NCBI GenBank assembly: GCA_036163455.1
Contig: JAYZKL010000036.1
Span: 1 to 56,838 of the forward strand
Length of the DNA stretch: 56,838 nt
Direction of reading: 5' to 3'
Source of the DNA: Pseudomonadota bacterium
Lineage (GTDB): Bacteria; Pseudomonadota; Gammaproteobacteria; GCA-002705445; GCA-002716945
Shown: piece after piece, positions 53,022-56,838 of the stretch
Layout: each line of letters opens with the position of its first letter
Numbering within the stretch: position 1 is the stretch's first letter
Translations under genes and position numbers: made by a program
Notes under the pieces: generated by a model
Told to the model about the DNA's origin: nothing
What the model saw: only the letters and a program-made list of their open reading frames with translations
Database searches by the model: none

Positions 53022-54350
53022 TTATTGTTTTTCAACTACTGTTTGACCATCATGGAATTCAGCAGAAAAGGTCTTTTCTTTGTCAAATTCTTTTTTACTT
53101 CTAATAACCTTTCTATCTTTATCCCTAATGATAGTATAACCTTTTTTTAGTATTTTTTTAGGATTACAATTTGAGATTTCACTAGAAAATGTTAAAAGTT
53201 TTTGTTTTTTTAAACCATACATGTATTCTGCATTATTAACTATATTAATAATTTTGTAATTGAGTTTTTCTAAGAAAGTTTGAATTTTAAGGTTTATTCC
53301 TTTCTTAGCTTGCTTTGTAGTTATATTAATATTTTTATAATTTTCTTCCATTTTATAAATAGAGTTTTTTATACTGTATTCTATCTTTTTTAAATACTTT
53401 GAATGTTGATCTATAAAGTTTTTAATAAGCATTAATGGGTTATGTGAGTTTATTAATATTCTTTTTTGTTCTGTTAGGTTTGCACATGCTTTTATTTTTG
53501 ATTCAACTTTATGTATAAAAGCTTCTTCTAGATTATCAAACCTTTGATATAGTTCATTTTTATCTGGAGTAACAGAAATTCCTGCATCAGTTGGTGTATT
53601 AGTATGAAGGTCACAAATATAATCAGCAATTGTTATATCAGGAGCATGACCTATGCCAGTAACAGTTGGAACATTTGATGCATATATCTCTCTTGCAAGA
53701 TTTTCATCATTAAACGGCATGAGATTTTGCAAACTTCCTCCTCCTCTAACAATTAATAGCACATCTGCTTGATTATCAAAGTTAATACGCTTTATTTGTT
53801 TGATAATACTATTTGCTGCTGAATCACCTTGGACTAAACTTGGATATAAATGAATTTCAGCTAAAGGATATCTTTTTCTAACTTGTTTAATTACATCATG
53901 CACTGCATCCCCTTCCTCTGATGTAATGAGGGCAATAATCCCAGGAAAGCTAGGAATTTTTCTTTTACGACTAAACAAACCTTCTTGTTCAAGTCTTTTT
54001 CTAACTTGTTCAATTTTTTTCTTTAGAGCTCCTTCACCATACAGTTCAATTTCATGAACATTAATACTTAATTTTCCAAATGGTTTGTAGAAATTAACTT
54101 GCCCAGTAATGAGTACAGTTGAATCTTTATAATCCGCTAGATTTATATTTTGGGGATTTTCCCAATGTAAAATAGTGAGAGGAATTTGAAAAGATCCAAC
54201 ATCTGTTTTCTCAACTAAATCATAGTATTGATTATTATTTGCAGTTCTTCCGCCTGTTATTTCACCTTTAATTATGATAGGGTGCTTGAAGGAATCATCA
54301 ATCGCAGCTCCAATTTTGTAATTTAATTCAGAAACAGTAAAAATTTTCAT
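53022..54350 (-). CDS. xseA: Exodeoxyribonuclease VII large subunit
   Basis: TVSELN, LVQG, VRGGGS, TGIGH..D, TPT, ILKKGY motifs; divergent from guaB as usual. Confidence 0.92.
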   Translation of the reverse strand: MKIFTVSELNYKIGAAIDDSFKHPIIIKGEITGGRTANNNQYYDLVEKTDVGSFQIPLTILHWENPQNINLADYKDSTVLITGQVNFYKPFGKLSINVHEIELYGEGALKKKIEQVRKRLEQEGLFSRKRKIPSFPGIIALITSEEGDAVHDVIKQVRKRYPLAEIHLYPSLVQGDSAANSIIKQIKRINFDNQADVLLIVRGGGSLQNLMPFNDENLAREIYASNVPTVTGIGHAPDITIADYICDLHTNTPTDAGISVTPDKNELYQRFDNLEEAFIHKVESKIKACANLTEQKRILINSHNPLMLIKNFIDQHSKYLKKIEYSIKNSIYKMEENYKNINITTKQAKKGINLKIQTFLEKLNYKIINIVNNAEYMYGLKKQKLLTFSSEISNCNPKKILKKGYTIIRDKDRKVIRSKKEFDKEKTFSAEFHDGQTVVEKQ

Positions 54351-54401
54351 ATTTTTCTATATTTATATTTCCTATGATAACTTTAATATGTATAATATAG
54401 A

Positions 54402-55895
54402 ATGGGAACGTCTAAAAATAATAAAAGCAAGAACCCAAACCCTGTTGAAACAGGTTTAGCCTTCGACGACGTCCTCTTGGTGCCACAATACTCAGAAATA
54501 CTTCCAAGTGATGTTAACTTAACAACTAAACTCACTAGTAAAATTCAATTAAAAATCCCTATATTATCAGCTGCTATGGATACAGTAACAGAGGCCAAGA
54601 TGGCTATATCACTTGCAAGCGAAGGAGGAATTGGGATTATTCATAAAAATATGAGCATTGACGAACAAGCTCATCAAATAAAAGTTGTTAAGAAGTATGA
54701 AAGTGGTGTTATAAAAGATCCTATAACTGCAGATCCTACTATGAGCGTAAAAGAGATTTATGATATTACTAAAAAATATGGAATTTCTGGAGTGCCTATC
54801 GTTGACAAAAATATTTTGGTTGGAATAGTTACCAATAGGGATTTAAGATTTGTTGATAATCTTAGTCTCAGCGTAACTAAGATAATGACTCCTAAAACAA
54901 AACTTGTAACAGTAAGAGAAAATTACACAAAAGAAGAAGTTATTTCAGCTCTTAGGAAAAACCGTATTGAAAAGATACTTATTGTAAATAAAAAACATGA
55001 GTTAAAAGGAATGATAACTTTTAAAGATATTCAAAAGTCTACTACTTTCCCAAACGCATCGAAAGATAAAACGGGAAGTCTAATTGTAGGAGGAGCGATT
55101 GGAACGAATAATGAATCTATGGATAGGGCAGAAGCATTAATTAATCAGAATGCTGATGTTTTAGTAATTGATACTGCACATGGTCATTCTAAGTTAGTCA
55201 TGAGCATGCTTAAGAAAATTAAAAAAAGATTTCCAAAACAGCAAGTTATAGCTGGAAATATTGCAACGCAGGAAGCCGCTAAAGATTTAATTGCTTGTGG
55301 TGCAGATGCTATTAAAGTTGGCATTGGCCCTGGATCAATATGCACAACAAGAATTGTTGCTGGTGTCGGTGTACCACAGTTATCAGCTATTGTTGATGTT
55401 GCTAGAGTTGCAAAAAAAATGAAAATTCCTTTGATTGCTGATGGAGGTATTAGATATTCAGGCGATATAGCAAAAGCAATAGCTGCTGGAGCAGATACAG
55501 TTATGTTAGGAGGCCTTTTAGCTGGAACTGATGAGGCACCAGGTGATGTAGAATTATATGAAGGAAGGACATATAAATCTTATCGTGGCATGGGATCAAT
55601 TGGGGCTATGCAAAAAGGATCTCGTGATCGATATTTTCAAGATCGTGAAAAATCTACCTCAAAACTAATCCCTGAAGGAATTGAAGGTAGAGTGCCTTAC
55701 AAAGGAACGATGAAAACAATTTTACATCAATTAACAGGTGGTCTTAAGTCAAGCATGGGCTATGTTGGCTGCAGCAATATTGATAAAATGAAAAAAAATA
55801 CACGTTTTATTAAAATTTCTTCATCTGCAAAACAAGAAAGTCATGTTCATGATGTTGCAATTGTAAAAGAACCGCCCAACTATCAACCACGTTAA
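54402..55895 (+). CDS. guaB: IMP dehydrogenase
   Basis: SAAMDTVTE, CBS pair, GIGPGSICTTR, YRGMGS, PEGIEG motifs; TATAAT 5 nt upstream of the ATG. Confidence 0.98.
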   Translation: MGTSKNNKSKNPNPVETGLAFDDVLLVPQYSEILPSDVNLTTKLTSKIQLKIPILSAAMDTVTEAKMAISLASEGGIGIIHKNMSIDEQAHQIKVVKKYESGVIKDPITADPTMSVKEIYDITKKYGISGVPIVDKNILVGIVTNRDLRFVDNLSLSVTKIMTPKTKLVTVRENYTKEEVISALRKNRIEKILIVNKKHELKGMITFKDIQKSTTFPNASKDKTGSLIVGGAIGTNNESMDRAEALINQNADVLVIDTAHGHSKLVMSMLKKIKKRFPKQQVIAGNIATQEAAKDLIACGADAIKVGIGPGSICTTRIVAGVGVPQLSAIVDVARVAKKMKIPLIADGGIRYSGDIAKAIAAGADTVMLGGLLAGTDEAPGDVELYEGRTYKSYRGMGSIGAMQKGSRDRYFQDREKSTSKLIPEGIEGRVPYKGTMKTILHQLTGGLKSSMGYVGCSNIDKMKKNTRFIKISSSAKQESHVHDVAIVKEPPNYQPR

Positions 55896-55898
55896 AAT

Positions 55899-56838
55899 AT
55901 GTCAGATAATTTATCTAATTCAATATTAATAATTGATTTTGGATCGCAATATACCCAACTAATTGCACGAAGAATTAGAGAATGTGGTGTTTATAGTATA
56001 GTTAAGCCAAATAATTTAAAAGCAAAGGATGTTATAAAAATTAATCCAAAAGGAATAGTGTTAACTGGCGGACCTGAATCAGTTAGATCAAAAAATAAAT
56101 TAACAATAGATAATAAAATATTTGATTTATCTATACCAATATTAGGAATTTGTTATGGAATGCAATTAATAGGGGACTGTTTTAAAGGAAAGGTTGATAG
56201 CGCTAAGAAGAAAGAGTTTGGTAATTCACAGTTTTTAATCAAGAAGAATTCAAAAATCTTTAAAAATATTAGAACAAAAAAGTTTAGTGTTTGGATGAGT
56301 CATGGGGACAAAATAAAATCACTTCCAACGAACTTTAACATTATTGGAGAAAGCACAAATAGTAGTATTTGTGCAATTTCTAATGAAAAGAAAAATATTT
56401 ATGGACTACAATTTCATCCAGAAGTAACTCACACTAATAATGGAAAAGTAATTATAAATAATTTTATTATAGAAATTTGTAAATGTAAAAAATCTTGGAC
56501 AACAACAAATATTATTAAAGATTTAACTAAAAAGTTAAAAAGTCAGATTAAAAAAGAAAAGGTAATTTTAGCATTATCAGGTGGAGTAGATTCATCAGTT
56601 GTTGCCGCACTATTAAATAAAGCAATTGGAAAACAACTTACCTGTATTTTTATAAATACTGGGTTATTGAGAAAAAATGAAGTTCAAGAAGTTCAGGATA
56701 ATTTTTCAAAAAAACTAGGGATTAATCTAATTACTGTAAATTCAAAGAAAATTTTTTTTCGAAACTTAAGAAATATTTCTGATCCAGAAAGGAAAAGAAA
56801 AATTATAGGAAAAACCTTCATTCAGGAATTTGAAAAAC
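55899..56838 (+). CDS. guaA: GMP synthase (partial, runs off the window; absent from the ORF track)
   Basis: Manual translation from ATG 55899 gives IIDFGSQYTQLIARRIRE, GICYGMQ, WMSHGD, LQFHPEV, LSGGVDSSV, PERKRKIIG. Confidence 0.97.
   Translation, partial: MSDNLSNSILIIDFGSQYTQLIARRIRECGVYSIVKPNNLKAKDVIKINPKGIVLTGGPESVRSKNKLTIDNKIFDLSIPILGICYGMQLIGDCFKGKVDSAKKKEFGNSQFLIKKNSKIFKNIRTKKFSVWMSHGDKIKSLPTNFNIIGESTNSSICAISNEKKNIYGLQFHPEVTHTNNGKVIINNFIIEICKCKKSWTTTNIIKDLTKKLKSQIKKEKVILALSGGVDSSVVAALLNKAIGKQLTCIFINTGLLRKNEVQEVQDNFSKKLGINLITVNSKKIFFRNLRNISDPERKRKIIGKTFIQEFEK

Overview
AT-rich (roughly 30% GC by eye), extremely gene-dense chromosomal segment. Gene order and protein motifs point to a genome-streamlined gammaproteobacterium; a marine lifestyle is plausible but inferred. 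Content is almost all core genes: mlaC, an MMPL/RND transporter, murA-hisG-aroG-hisD, degS-like protease, petABC-sspA, gmhA/rsmI, carAB, a DAACS symporter, tpx, rlmE-ftsH-folP-glmM-tpiA-secG-tRNA-Leu, a full 14-gene nuoA-N operon, tRNA-fMet-rimP-nusA-infB-rbfA-truB-rpsO-pnp, an OFA-family MFS-acs-dksA-xseA block, and guaB-guaA (guaA cut off by the window end). No mobile element, CRISPR array or rRNA is visible. The most unusual spot is the pnp locus. pnp carries an in-frame TGA at the conserved Gly of ESNGSSS, and it is followed by a separate 78-aa gene that is an ~80%-identical, synonymously diverged copy of the PNPase S1 domain with its own strong RBS. Other points of note are a CxxT-x17-CxxA (Zn-independent type) DksA, a candidate uORF plus terminator attenuator ahead of carA, and recurrent -10-box-N5/6-ATG (leaderless-type) starts, including an ATG-TAA minigene overlapping the rlmE start.
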